Assembly (NCBI GenBank): GCA_030704615.1
Contig: CM060732.1
Coordinates: 47,058,001-47,122,000 of the forward strand
DNA: 64,000 nucleotides
Source of the DNA: Takakia lepidozioides
Lineage: Eukaryota > Plantae > Bryophyta
Direction of reading: 5' to 3'
Shown here one piece after another: positions 1-13,449 of the stretch. A program made the translations under genes and the position numbers. The notes below the pieces were generated by a model, which saw only the letters and a list, made by a program, of their open reading frames with translations, did no database searches and had not been told where the DNA came from. Positions within the stretch are counted from its first letter, which is position 1; each line of letters begins with the position of its first letter.

Positions 1-1794
1 CGTGCTGCAAACAGATCTGGGGATCCAATCAAGATAGCACGGGCGGTGAGCATGTATGCCCAGGGAACGCCACTTGTTTCTAGAGTTCCACATCTTGAAG
101 GGGAGGAGAGATTCGGCTCCTGTAAGAGGAAATTGAACACTCCACCTGGTTCGGATTCAGATTCCCACAGGGCAGACCGTGATAACTTCTCGAAGCCTCG
201 TGTTCCCCTGCATGACAGCTCCGTGTCCGGAACCTCCATTGTGGAGGAACCTCCAACACGACGGCAAGCTCCAGCATCAAACCGTGCCACTGAAATGGTG
301 CAGGAGAGAAACAACCCCCTTGATGTGCTTGAGTCCGCATGCCCCGACCACGTTTGGCACATAGAACGCACAAGTGTCGGGTCTCGTGTGAAATGTACAG
401 CGATCAGGGCAACTAATTTCGAGAAGTGCACTTCATCTATATCCAGAGGTGGTGCCCGAACTCCTGCTCCGACTTTCACGGGCTTGATGCGTCCATACGG
501 TCAACCAGAAGCCAAGAACCACAAGTTCTGGTTCTGCGCAGATGATTGTGCCAGATGTGTGCATGGAACTGTGCGTCCTTCCGTAGTGATGAAGCCATCT
601 CCTCCAACCGTTTGGCCCGTGAAGGTGGGAACACATCTCAGCTTTCAGGAGATTGAAATGCTGGAGGAGGCAGGTTTTTCCCTTGCGAGACAACCCCAAC
701 TCCATGCATGTGCTACTACTCCTGCGTCCTCCCGGGTCCCCCCGGCAAATCCTGACTTGTGGCCAACCAAACGAGATGGAAAGCTCGTTCGGCGTTTCCC
801 TCCAACCGCTGAACACTTTGGCAAAGTGGAGTCCGCAAGAATGCTCCAAGCTCGTGTCGGAAGCACCACGGAAGTACCCGATCCAGGATATGGTCGGGTA
901 TTCACAATCATCACTTCCACATCTGCTGTTCATGACAGGACCTACGACATCACGGTTTCCAATTTCCCCAATTGCACATGTCCTGATTTTGTGAATATGC
1001 TATCAACCAGTTTGGGCAAGAGAGGTAAATTCATACCCTGCAAACATTTGTATTTCATATTTTTGAGGAGGATGGTTTGCGATCCCAAACGTGACAACTT
1101 CATTCACCAGGCCACTATGAGTTTCAACGAGGTCGATACTCTTTTGCAGCGGGATACAACACATGGGTAGCATGAACTATGTAATGTGGTATGTGGATGA
1201 CCATGATTTGAAATGTGTAATTCACATCAATTCGTCGGCTGTGCAATGATATGGCCTCCAACTATACGGAGTGAGGTCTGAGTGACAACTTTTAGGTAGT
1301 GCACATTTGTCATTGCACCGTTCGAAGTCTACATGTCTTGCTGTCGCTATGCACTACAATCATCTTTTGAAGATGATCATAACTCTCATTGTTATTTGAG
1401 GAGGGAGGAAGTCTTCTCGTGGCAGCCTTTATGGCGCACACTTTGTGAGGATATTTTGTCGTCTTCGTAATTGTAAAAGTGAAACAAACATTTGTAATTG
1501 CACAATGTTGGATGCTGCAATTGTAGGCCTCAACGCTCGTCTTGATTCTATTTAGGCAAGATTCCCTGCATTAATTCCACGGTCATAGGACCATCCACGG
1601 TTATAGGCGGCGCATGTTAATGCTGACGTGGCAGTTGACGGACAGTGCCACGTCATCATTTACCGCCACATCAGCATGCTGACATGACGCTCACGCCACG
1701 TCAGCTGGCGTGAGCGTACGCTCACGCCACGTCACTCCTGCGTGAGCGTATGCTCGCGCGCTCACGTGCAACGCTCATGCCATTGCGTCGTTGT
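1..1794 (+). mobile_element. 3' end of MULE-like element copy 1, with GCTCACG/CGTGAGC subterminal repeats, ending ...GCGTCGTTGT
   Basis: Repeated GCTCAC(G) motifs at 1689-1780. Abrupt switch to Gypsy integrase sequence at 1795. Confidence 0.65.
46..1170 (+). CDS. C-terminal part of MULE-like transposase (Cys-rich domain + SWIM finger), copy 1; N-terminus lies upstream of the window
   Basis: SWIM motif CTCPDF...PCKHLY. Homologous to 42965-43804, 10346-11300 and 19700-20790, which follow a MULE-type DDE core. Confidence 0.8.
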   Translation: MSMYAQGTPLVSRVPHLEGEERFGSCKRKLNTPPGSDSDSHRADRDNFSKPRVPLHDSSVSGTSIVEEPPTRRQAPASNRATEMVQERNNPLDVLESACPDHVWHIERTSVGSRVKCTAIRATNFEKCTSSISRGGARTPAPTFTGLMRPYGQPEAKNHKFWFCADDCARCVHGTVRPSVVMKPSPPTVWPVKVGTHLSFQEIEMLEEAGFSLARQPQLHACATTPASSRVPPANPDLWPTKRDGKLVRRFPPTAEHFGKVESARMLQARVGSTTEVPDPGYGRVFTIITSTSAVHDRTYDITVSNFPNCTCPDFVNMLSTSLGKRGKFIPCKHLYFIFLRRMVCDPKRDNFIHQATMSFNEVDTLLQRDTTHG

Positions 1795-2477
1795 CTTACT
1801 CATGGTCAGTGCCCACCTAGTTATGGTAAGGAGCAGAGGAAAATAATCGCTATCAAGGCTTTACCTTATACTATGGTAGGAGACAGAATGTATAAGCTAG
1901 GACCTGATGGAGTACTTAAACGATGCTTGTACCACCATGAAGTAAATAAAGTCTTGGAGGAAGTTCATAAAGGAGTGGCTGGAGGACATTTTGGAGAAGA
2001 GACTACCAGTAGGAAGATACTACTTGCAGGTTACTGGTGGCCTACTTTGTTCAAGGATGTACACAAGTATTGTCAGAGTTGTGATGAATGTCAGAGGCTA
2101 GGACCTTTGCAGAGATCTGGGAAGATGGCTTTGCATCCTACGATGCCTACTGAACCATTTCAGAAATGGGGACTAGACTTTCTTGGACCAATTAACCCAC
2201 CGGCCAAGAATACACAGAACAAGTACATAATTACAGCCACTGATTATACTACGAAGTGGGTGGAAGCTAAAGCTCTGAGGGACAACACAACCAAGTCCAC
2301 AGCAAGGTTCCTGTATGAGAACATACTTACACGATTTGGCTGTCCCTTGGAATTTATCAGTGACCAGGGAAGTCACTTCATTAATGAGACCATTGAACTA
2401 TTGACTAAAGAGTTCATGATTATGCATAGGAAGAGTACAACGTATTACCCACAAGGTAATGGGCAGGCAGAGGCTAC
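1795..2477 (+). pseudogene. Gypsy integrase fragment (HHCC zinc finger + start of rve), paralogous to ~6637-7312
   Basis: GHFG, YWWP, CDECQR, PFQKWGLDF, SDQG, YYPQGNGQAE motifs. Close nucleotide match to 6637-7312. Truncated at both ends. Confidence 0.9.
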
Positions 2478-3275
2478 TGTAGTGTGAAAAAGAAGGGGCG
2501 TGAATCCCCTTCTGGTTAATCCTAAAGTTGTGGTCCTCCCCTCCCCCCAGTTGATTGTGCCCAGCAAAGGAAATGAGCGTTCTTACTCTGTCCAACCATC
2601 GTCACACGGCTATATGGGTTTTTCTTCAGGTTTGTTCGTGATCAGAGTTTACGGAATCCTCATCCACGCCGCAGCGGAAGAGAAGACATGGATAGGGAGT
2701 TTTTGAATTGTTCTTGCTCTCGGTTCTACTTCTATACAACAGCCTGGCCCTATGATCACGGCGCCAACAGTGTTGGCGTGATCTTTTTTGTGATGCAAGC
2801 AGCCCAATGGCAGCGGTAAACAGGACCCTTTGTGTGAAGCCCCCTTGAGCAGTGACACGTCGGAAATCCCCTTTTGTAATGGTGACACAGATTTAGGAGA
2901 AGGCAGCTCAGGTCTTCTTGAACTGCAGAGGCACTGGTTTCATTCAGGATTCAAGTTTTCTTCATCTCATCTCCCCAAATTGGCCATCCCCCCCCCATCA
3001 GCCATTTTGCTGAACAGCTCTCTCATTTCCCAAATCCCTTTTTTTCTCTCTCTCTCTCTCTCTTCCCTTTTTCGTCTGTTTCTCTATCTCTGTCTATGTC
3101 TACAGGCTCCTCACTTCTTCACAGCAGCACATCTATCATGTAATGCAAATGCACACTCTGCCAAGCATCCAGTGCAGCCAGCCTTGAAGTCATCCTCGAT
3201 GATGAGGACTCTGAGGATGAGTCAGATGAAGAAGAAGAGCAAGAACTAAAAAGAAAGAGTAAGAGAAAGGAGAAG

Positions 3276-6200
3276 TTGAAGAGGGATAACTATGAAAAAA
3301 AATTGGAAGAAATCTTGAAGAAGTATGCCACAGAGGCTGCAACACATTGGAGGAAGGGTGTATGGTGTGCAAAGTGCCAGAATGAAGGCCATACCACCAC
3401 AGAATGCCACATGAAGGAGAAACACTGTACTATCTGTAAAATGGATAACCATTCTACTGAGAATTGTTACTACAACAGAAGGACAGTTGCAAGAGAACCT
3501 AGGCAAGTAAGGGTTCATCAGGTGCAGCCCCAGCCAAGAAGAAACAATGATCAGGACCACTATGGTAGGTCTAGTGGTTATAACAATGGCATGGAAGGGA
3601 GAGGTAATTCAAGAGGGAATTACCAAGGAAATACCAGATGCAACTATCAGGGTAATCCAAGGGGGAATTACCAGCCCGGGAATCAGGATTATAGAAATAA
3701 TCCAAGAACAGACCAAGGGCGAGGACCCAATGGTGAAGAACTATGTTACTATTGTAATCAGCCAGGACATCGCAGGGCAGCCTGTTCATTCTGGATAAGA
3801 CACCAGAATGAGATGAGAGCTCTTGTGAATGAGGGCCCAGTGGTGGCAGCTCACATGGTTAGGCCATGTGTTGTACCAGAAGTAAGTACAATGATAGTAA
3901 CAAGAAGTAAAGCCAAACTAATACCTCCAGTAGTTGAGGAAGAAGATGATAATGGAAGTGGCAATGATATGCCTGAAGATGAAGAGACTTGGAAAGATGA
4001 GAAGGAACTGCACAAGGAAGTGGCAGATACTATAAGGGAAATGCAGAAGAGTACTGATATTCCTGTGGCAGATTCCTCTGATTCTGATGGAGAAAAAGAA
4101 AGGAGTGAGGAAGAAAGGAAGAAAGAAGATGCAGACATGCAAAGTAATGAAGAGACTTTGGCTGAAGTAATATGCCAGACCAAAGCAAAAATTACCATTG
4201 GACAGCTATTAGCTGTGGCACCTTATTATAGGCACAGGCTGTATCAAGCAATCAATCGAATTGCCCAAGAGACAGGAAACACAGACCTGAACAGCAAGGT
4301 GACCAGTTATAATGTGAAGCCGGAAGGGCGAGAAACAGTCATGGACTTTGATGATTCTATGCCAGTAATCCAATTGAGAATTGGAAGCACAGAACTAACT
4401 GATGTAGTGATAGATGGAGGTTCTGGAGTAAATATCATGACAGACCAATTAAGGAAGAAGCTTGGTCTAAGTAACATGAAACCAGCCCCATTTACAGTAA
4501 CAATGGCAGATCAAAGAAGTGTACAGCCATTGGGATTAATAAGAGGAGTTAAGATACAAATACAGAAGATGATCTTTATGATCACAGTAACTGTGTTGAA
4601 AATGGATGAAGTCATGGAGGCTTACTCCTTATTATTGGGACGTCCGTGGCTGAAACAGGCCAGGGTATTCCATGACTGGAATTCTCAGTTACTAACCGTG
4701 CATAATGGGATACACGAGATACAAATTACCACAAAGAAATCTAGTAGATTACCTGCTACAAGAAGACCTCGAGGAGTCAGAGAGTATGACTGGAAAGGAG
4801 GACTGGATGAGGAGCAGGAAGCTACCCTATTTGCTGCACACCCAGAGTGGGAGCAGGTTGCAGAGATGCGGCTGGAAAGCCTAAGTTGTTTGAGAGGTAT
4901 CTGCTGTGGTGTAGTGACAGCAACACCAACTGAAGAGAAAACCAGCGTTTACCCATCACATTTCTATGAAGAAAGAGAAGGAGAAATGGAAATCCTAGAA
5001 GAACCAGCCACTGTGAGCTTACAGGATGAAGTGGTGACTGGTTGGACAATCACAGCTGATGAGCAGGTGAGGGAAGTAAATGTGGGAACTAAAGAGGAAC
5101 CGAGGATGGTGAAAGTAGGAGCTGATTTGGAGCCGGAATTCTTCGAAGAAGCTAAAAGCTTGTTCATCAAATACAGAGATGTATTTGCTTGGAGCTATGA
5201 GGATCTAAAAGGGATACCACCTGAAGTCTGTCAGCATAAGATTGAATTGGAACCAGGGTCAGTACCAATCAAGCAGGCGAGGTATAGAATGAATCCCAAC
5301 TACGCACAGAAGGTTGGAGAAGAGATAAAGAAGTTGGCTGAGGCTAAGTTTATATACCCAATAGAATATACAACTTGGTTGTCACCCATTGTTATAGTTC
5401 CCAAGAAGAATGGCAAACTAAGAGTATGTGTGAACTATAAGAAGCTGAATGCTTGTACGAAGAAAGATCCTTTCCCTTTGCCATTCACAGAAGCAGTATT
5501 AGACACTGTGGCAGGCCATGAGATGTACTCATTCATGGATGGCTTCAGTGGTTATAATCAAGTGCAAGTGGCAGAAGAAGACCAAGGGAAAACAGCTTTC
5601 ATCACAGACTGGGGGGCTTATGCATACAAAGTCATGCCCTTTGGACTTTGTAATGCACCAGCGACCTTTCAGAGAGTGATAAGTGAATCTTTTCATGAGT
5701 ATCTGGATGATTTCATGCAGGTATTCTTGGATGATTTCAGTGTGTACAGCTCTAAAAATGAGCACTTGCATAAATTGGAGTTATGTTTGGCCAGATGCAG
5801 GATGAGAGGTCTGGGCCTGAATCCAGAGAAGTGTACTTTCTGTGTGAACTCAGGGGTGCTTCTGGGACACATTGTGTGTAAGAAGGGACTCCTTGTGGAT
5901 CCCAGAAAGACAGAGTCCATTAAAGCCTCTCCACCACCAGTGAATGTTAAAAGTCTAAGGAGATTCCTTGGGCAAACCAGTTATTACAGAAGATTTGTCA
6001 AAAAGGTATGCACAAATAGCAGCACCATTGAGCAAACTACTGAAGAAAGATGCAGTGTTTGCCTGGACAGCTGAATGTCAACAGGCGTTTGAGGAACTTA
6101 CACTGTTAGTAACAACTACACCTGTGCTGATTAACCCTCACTGGCATGTAGTATTTCATGTTCACTGCGATGCATCAGGAGAAGCGTTGGGAGCGGTGTT

Positions 6201-7860
6201 AGCCCAGAATGTTACAGGAAATATAGATTCACCTGTGTACTATGCTAGCCGGTTGATGAACAGTGCTGAAAGGAACTATAGCACAACGGAAAGAGAAGCA
6301 TTGGCAATGATCTATGCAGTGAAGAAATTCAGGCATTACCTGTTGGGCAAGAAGTTTATGTTCTATGTGGATCACCAGGCTCTGATATACCTGGTAAACA
6401 AACCTCTGATAAGCGGGAGAATAGCAAGATGGTTGATAATCTTGCACGAGTTTGAGTTCGAGGTTGTGTACAAGCCTGGGAGACTGCATCTTGTGGCGGA
6501 TCATTTGTCACGGTTATCAACAGGAGAACCAGCCACAGGAATAGATGATCAATTACCAGATGCGAGTCTCTTTGCAGTGGAGGTGCAGGGAAGTGCAGAT
6601 GACTGGTTAGATTGGCAGTGGCCAATCAGATACTACCTTGCTCATGGTCAGTGCCCACCTAGTTATGGTAAGGAGCAGAGGAAGAGAATCGCTATCAAAG
6701 CTTTACCTTATACTATGGTAGGAAGCAGAATGTATAAGCTAGGACCTGATGGAGTACTAAAACGATGCTTGTACCACCATGAAGTAAATAAAATTTTGGC
6801 GGAAGTTCATAAAGGAGTGGCTGGAGGTCATTTTGGAGAAGAGACTACCAGTAGGAAGATACTACTCGCAGGATACTGGTGGCCTACTTTGTTCAAAGAT
6901 GTACACGAGTATTGTCAGAAGTGTGATGAATGTCAGAGGCTAGGACCTTTGCAGACATCTGGAAGGATGGCCTTGCATCCTACAATGCCTACGGAACCAT
7001 TTCAGAAATGGGGTTTGTTGGACCAATTAACCCACCAGCCAAGAATACACGAAACATGTACATAATTATAGCCACTGATTATACTACAAAGTGGGTGGAA
7101 GCTAAAGCTTTGAGGGACAACACAGCCAAGTCCACAGCAAGGTTCCTGTACGAGAACATACTTACACGATTTGGCTGTCCCTTAGAATTTATCAGTGATC
7201 AGGGAAGTCACTTCATGAATAAAACCATTGAGTTGTTGACTAAAGAGTTCATGATTGTACATAGAAAGAGTACAACATATTACCCACAGGGTAATGGGCA
7301 GGCAGAGGCTACCAACAAAATACTATGTACTATCTTGGCTAAGATAGTCAATACAAACAGAACGGATTGGGATACAAAGCTGCTGACAGCTTTGTGGTCA
7401 TACAGGACTTCATATAAAGTCACCACTAAGTATACACCATTTCAATTAGTTTATGGTATGGAAGCCTTACTTCCAGTGGAATTCCTGTTACCTACCATGA
7501 GAACGGAGTGGGGAAAGAGAATGGAATTGCAAGATTCCATTAAGGTCAGGAAACATGAATTATACCATGTGGAAGAAGTATGTGCTGATGCAGCTGATAA
7601 TATGACCAGAATTTAGATGAAGAGAAAGGAACAGTTTGATGAAGGCAAGTTAAAGACTTTTAAGACGGGGGATTTGGTTCTATGGTTGCAGAAGAAAGGA
7701 AAGATTCAAGCTTCTAAGCTTAAATCACCATGGAAAGGACCTTATGTCATACAAAAGATGTATGATAATAACACCGCCATGTTACAAACCATTAACAAAG
7801 AAATGATGGGAAGAGTCAATGCCAATAAGTTGAAGGGGTACAGTGGTATCCATGACAAAC
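3276..7860 (+). pseudogene. Gypsy gag-pol with frameshifts near 6000 and 7020 and a stop at 7614
   Basis: Three CCHC knuckles, protease VVIDGGSGVN, RT FMDGFSGYNQ / MPFGLCNAPATF / FLDDF, RNase H DASG...YYASR, integrase in 5968-7616 and WKGPY after 7617. Confidence 0.93.
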
Positions 7861-7987
7861 CCTTGCAGCATGATTTGCATGTTGAAACGCAAGAGCAGTC
7901 ACGGGCTGCACCAGTGTTACGAACGGAGTATGGAGTAGCACTTGTCGCTAGGCCCAGCATATATGACCAGGGCGGGCAAAACAAACG

Positions 7988-8165
7988 TGACACAGCCTAT
8001 CACAGCCCATCAAGGCAAAGCACAGCCTATCACAGCCCAGCACGGCGCAACACAACCTATCACAACCTACCACAGCGTGTCACAGCCTATCACAGCTTAC
8101 CACAGTGCATCACAGCCTATCACAGCGTAACACAGTATGACACAGCCTGTCACAGCTCAACACAA
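7988..8165 (+). repeat. Short tandem repeat (CACAGCCTAT-type decamers) downstream of pol
   Basis: Repeated cacagcctat/cacagcc units. The same motif family occurs at the LTR starts (23300-23521, 24148-24262). Confidence 0.85.
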
Positions 8166-8599
8166 CCTACTAGGGTTACACGATCCATAGAATCAGTGAC
8201 AGGTGGACGCATAACAACTTCAAGAAAATGGCTGACGGAAGAAAAAACGGAAACTAGTTTAAAAATAGACACGTGGAAGTCAGGGCGCGACACACAGCTG
8301 AGAAGGAAGTGCAAGAACAGGTGTCATAAAGAAAGAGGACAAGAACGGCCGTCAAAAGGGATGAAAGGCGGGCCCATTAATGAATACGGAAAAATGGAAA
8401 CGGAACGAACGGCAAGTACAGAAAAGCGAAATTCTTGTCACATGTGTGATCCTAGTGGACTATCCAGCAGGGAAAGTCCACCAAAGAAAATAAAATCTAA
8501 AATCCAGTCACAGCGGATACAGCCAATAGAAAACCAGAGAAATGATCAAGAAAATGGAGAGAAATTGAGCGCAAGAGGCGGCGTCGTTCTGAGTAACGG

Positions 8600-9532
8600 G
8601 CGTCTCGACGGGACAGACCATCAATGCTATAGCTTGGAAACTATGGAGGAACTAACAGACTATACGCTCGCAATATTACTTACGCAGTGGCATAGACACG
8701 AAAGAACAGAGCGGAGCTTTTCTCTTGAGCGATGCTTGCAAGCCCCGCAGGCTTACAAGAAATTACCCATAGCTTTCTGTGGCAACCATACGTTTATGCT
8801 TTGTGCACTACAGGCATTTCTGCAGTTGTTACAGCCAAAACAGTTCTTTGAGTCTAAAATGAAGAGAGTGAGAGGAATGGAAGAAATCAGGGTGAAGAGT
8901 ACCACAATTCTGCAGAAACAAACGATTGCTACCCCACAGGCGATACAGATACTGGAGGAGCTGAGATTGCAAGGATTGCAAAGCATAGATTGGACATTAC
9001 ACCATAGAAAGTACATGTTACAATTTTTGCAGAACTTTGAGCCAAGGACAGGAACAACAACGGTGAAGGGAGTTGAATTAATGATTACTCCCCTATACCT
9101 CCAGCAATTGTTTCGATTGCCCGCAGGTCAGGTGCATGTGGAGGAACACAGGGCAAGACTGCAAATAGGGGACTTATTCCAAGAAGGGAGTTTATTTAAA
9201 CTCAGGGTTATGCTTGTACCAAGGCTGTGTACCCAGGGCTAAAAGAGGTAGGCCAGGTATTGAACATTCTGATTGCCATGAAACAGAACCAACAGTATTT
9301 GAGCAGATCCTTCACGGAGGAAATACTCAAAGCCCTGAAGGGACAAGAGGTACAAATGGGCGGACATAATGTACAACGCACTGGTGGAGGAGATGAAAAG
9401 ATTACAAGGTACTACCGCAAGTCTCCTATCATAGTGTCTGGCCCAATCATTGCTCAAATAATTCTTGATTCTGGCGTACTTGATGCGCAAGAAAGAAAGG
9501 AGATGGGAGTGTTTGAGCCAGAAACGAGATTT
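8600..9532 (+). pseudogene. Extra 3' ORF of the Gypsy element (Athila/Tat 'plant transposon protein'-like), continuing at 21641
   Basis: FLQNF...TVKGVELMITP..LQQLFRLP motif. The frame ...ETRF continues as KPPLRG...LVDNSL after the insertion. Confidence 0.55.
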
Positions 9533-10345
9533 GCTATTTCATGAGCATGAGCGGCATGAGCAGAGTAGTAACACAATCGGTTTTTCATGAGCAGAATTAC
9601 AAATTTCGAAATAAAAAACAATAAAACATAATTTAATGCAATGTGTCAGGAAAACAAATAATTATTCGGCCCCTTGAGGGAAAATTGCACTTTTGACAGT
9701 TGTGCTCATGAAATTTCGTCTTCGCTCATGCCAATTCCCAGCGACATGTGCAAATATGGCGCCGAATTTCGCGGTAATAGGGTCCGTACCTGAAAAAACG
9801 GCGACGTTTTCGCGGCAATAGGTCTGTCTGGCGAAAAATGGTGCCGAATTCCGCTGGCTACAGGTCCCCTCATGACAGGTAATTCGGCGCATTTTTCCAG
9901 TGCATGTTCGGACTTAGCCAGTTTTCGGCCCAAAAAAGAGAAATTCGGCGCCATTTTTCCAGACACGGTACCAGTGCATGTTGGGACTTAGCGAGTTTTC
10001 GGCCCCCAAAAAGAGAAATTCGGCGCCATTTTCCCAAACACAGGTACCAGTGCATGTTGGGACTTAGCGAGTTTTCGGCCCCAAAAAAATTCGGCGCCAT
10101 TTTTCCAGAAATGGCCCCACAACTGCTTCTGTTGGATCTCAGTTTGAATGGAATATTGCCTCATTCCAGGAGTTTTGGGGGTCATTTCATTACACTGCCA
10201 AAAAAAAGTCTGATACACAAAAGCAAAAGCATTTGAAAATATCCATATGGAGGATTCCGTTTGCCCCATCATGATTTCTTCTGGAATCCCTAAGGAGGAG
10301 TTTGTGCAGCTCGTCCACGCTCACGCCGGTGCATGAATAAAGTCA

Positions 10346-13290
10346 TCAATAGTCACGTTCATCCTCAACCTCTTCTTTCAGGTAAATGGTAATACAGATG
10401 CTTGCACGGATAATACTTCGAACCCTTCTTTGCTTCATCAACGAGAAGTCCGTACATTTGCAAGTCGGCTCCACTCCAATCGTAATTGTGTATACATCGT
10501 CGTGTACAGCCGAGCCGGCCGTTGCCATCCGATACACACGCCCAAGGCCGGGTGGGGGTACGTCCACGGAGCTCTAATAGTGCAAGCCATCCCAAGAGCA
10601 TTGGCAATCCGAGTCTCATTCAACTTGTTGGAGTGTGTCGTCTCTTCACTCTTCCGATCGCATTGTGGATGTGCAGAATTGTCCCAATCCGTCTCTACTG
10701 GACCGATGCAGTCTGCAATGGCTGGGTCTGAGGAAACCGGAAATGCGTGGGCCGGGATGTCTGTGCGTTGCCACCATTCGAAATCCTGACTGCAGATAGA
10801 GCATCCGCCTCATTCTGAGAGAGGCTGCAACCCGGTGCAACAGGCCAGACGCCGGAGGCTCCGGCATTCCCTGAATCCCGTACTTGGGCTTGCCAAATAC
10901 ACAGGTCATTATGTCGTGCCTACAGAACCAAAATGTCTGCGTTGTGGCGTGAGCAAATGTGGGAGTCAAAAATCTGCCGCTGAAACAAGGTGCAGATACA
11001 GCACCGTGTGGGTTCCTCCGAATCATCTCACACAGCCGTGCTCTCGTATCCACCCGGGATGGCGCAACACTTCCTCGAAATGCCGGCAATGTCCTCGCAA
11101 TTCTCCACTGTGACTCCGACACTCTTGTCTCCACAATGGGAATGGTTGTATGGCTTTACTACAGATGGCTCGTATATGTTGCCGGGGCACGCGCCCTGTG
11201 CCTCAAAGGAGATGGCGATCTTGAACGTGCAGGACTTCCGGTGCTCGACGAGAACCTCCTCGGACAACATCACCGCGACCACGGGGAGAGGGAGCGGCGA
11301 ATATTCTGTCAGCTCGCCATGAATTCCTCTTCTCCGCCAGGTGCCTCGTCAAGTCTTCGTCTCACGGGACGGGTATGAACATCTCCTTCCAAATTGTTGG
11401 CCTCTTCGCAGCAAGCAATGCTGTTCCCGAAGGCCCTCTCGCAAGGCCGCCGACCACTTCCGAGATTCTTCGATCTGGAGGCAGTCCGCGATCAGCATTT
11501 CCTGCCTGTCCGGCCCAAGCCCCACTGTTTCCCTTTCAAGAACTCGTTGTAACCTGCATTGCTGCACTAATTGACCTCACCATGTCCTCCTGTTTGTGGC
11601 AGTGAGGATGTCCACCAGATGCGCCGCCCAGAGGAGGCACGCTAGGAAGAGTGCACTGATTCGGCCATGTTTGTCGGGCATGTCGGCTGTCGGCGAGTCG
11701 AGAACACATTTCCTGCACAAGCACATGTTGAGGTTCAAGCAAGTTACAAATATGGCCAAGAATAATATCCAAACGGGAAGCGAATTCGTGCAACTCACCT
11801 CCCGCATATAGTCGCCGAACTGGAGGAAACGTAATGCCACCATGCTAGCCAACTGACCATTGCTCCTTCGTCTTGATTTCTTACAGCACCTGACGATGTC
11901 CACCAGCCCGTATGCATGCAAACTGTGTCTCCTGGCCAATGCATCTTATGGGCGGCTTGGAGCTATATACTGTTTGGGTTTGGCACCCGGTCTCAACTTA
12001 ACCTCCTCCTGAAACGAGCTGCTCTGCTTCGTTGGGCAGCTCCCCCGAGTTCCCCCTCGCCAATTTGTGACAATGGGAACCAACGTTGTATGCAAGCTCG
12101 GGGCGGTCAGGGACAAACGTGCTGCAACACATAGAACTGCTTGGCATTACAAACGACATGCAGTGTGGTGGTTCTTTGCAATGCGCACACTTAAATGTGG
12201 AGTTCGAACCTTCTCCTGAGCTCGAAATGTTGCGTGAGGACCTGTGGCCTGTCCAATCGGTCTCGTTCTTGTGACCTCTGGATTTAAAGTGGAAGCAAGT
12301 TGGGGGAAGAAAACACCGCAACGCGCCCGCACAAACAACGTAGTAGCGCATCCGCACACCTCAAGCATCTTCATGCTGGTGGTTTTGGTAACGCACCAAG
12401 GATGACCGTCATGTTTTCTATCCATATCTGTCAACATTCGGATGCCCTCGAGTAGTCCGCCCGAGGAGGGAACTCAAAGAAGATATTACCGTCGACGTCG
12501 GCGGGAAGGCATGTAACCGATTTATTTAATTGCGAACTTGCTGTAGTCCAGCCCGGCCAGCTTCGACCGGTGTCCCTCCAGGTGAAGCCCTCGCAGAATT
12601 TCTAGAATAGATCGAACTGCGGTGCTCGTGCTGGGAATATGACTCCCTCCTCCCCTAACGTCCATTGAGGACTTGCCTGATCTCCAGGACGACCTCGGAA
12701 CTTCCATGACCTCGTCTGAGTCGGACAGGTTGTGAAACAACCGGTTCTCGGTCGTCTTCATGGATGGGTTCAGCTCTGGATTTACTTCGTTGCGGGACTT
12801 CTCTTTTCTTTGAGGTACCCACTCTTCTGATTCGCGGATTGTTCGTGGAAGGCGCCAGGATAGCGGTGCATTTGGCGGGCAAATGAAGTCCCCAACAGCC
12901 CTGTATATGACGCTGTCCGATGGTGGGAACTCGCCATTCCCTGCCCGAAATCATCGTGGAGCACAACAATACTCTCGACAACAAGGCCGTGTTTGAGTCC
13001 TTTCTTTCCTCCTCCAAAAAAACCGACCCCGGTTTCAGGTGGTATCGAACGCACAAATATTTCTCCTCACCTGGCAGGTGTCCCATCTGCACGGAAATGA
13101 AAGCTCTATGCTCGTGAGGAGGGCAGTACACACTGTAGCGGCTCGGGTTTTCCGCCATGGGAGATGTGCACACAAGACTGCCAGGATGGCGTGCGGGGAG
13201 CTCCCTGGTAGAAGGGGGTGCAGCGATGGGAATGAATGCGATGCCGATTTGTCCGAGCGACGAAGCCATCCAAATCCAGGGAGCCAACTA
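10346..13290 (-). pseudogene. MULE-like transposase copy 2 (GCM-like N-terminus, partial DDE, Cys-rich domain, SWIM), heavily frameshifted
   Basis: DMDRKHDGHPWC, CAHCKEPPHC, MPDKH...SAL, FWFCRHD..TCVFG, CKCTDF..PCKHLYY. Confidence 0.8.
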
Positions 13291-13449
13291 TCTCAAAATC
13301 CACAGTCAGAGGGTTTAATGAACCTTGTCTCCGGACTGCGGCCCCTGGTCTTTGCGCAATAACTGCCAACGGTATGCAGTCAGAAAGTGGAGGGGCCGTC
13401 CGGATGATGATGACGGCTGAAGGGGAGGAGAAGCCGGCACCGTGCCATC

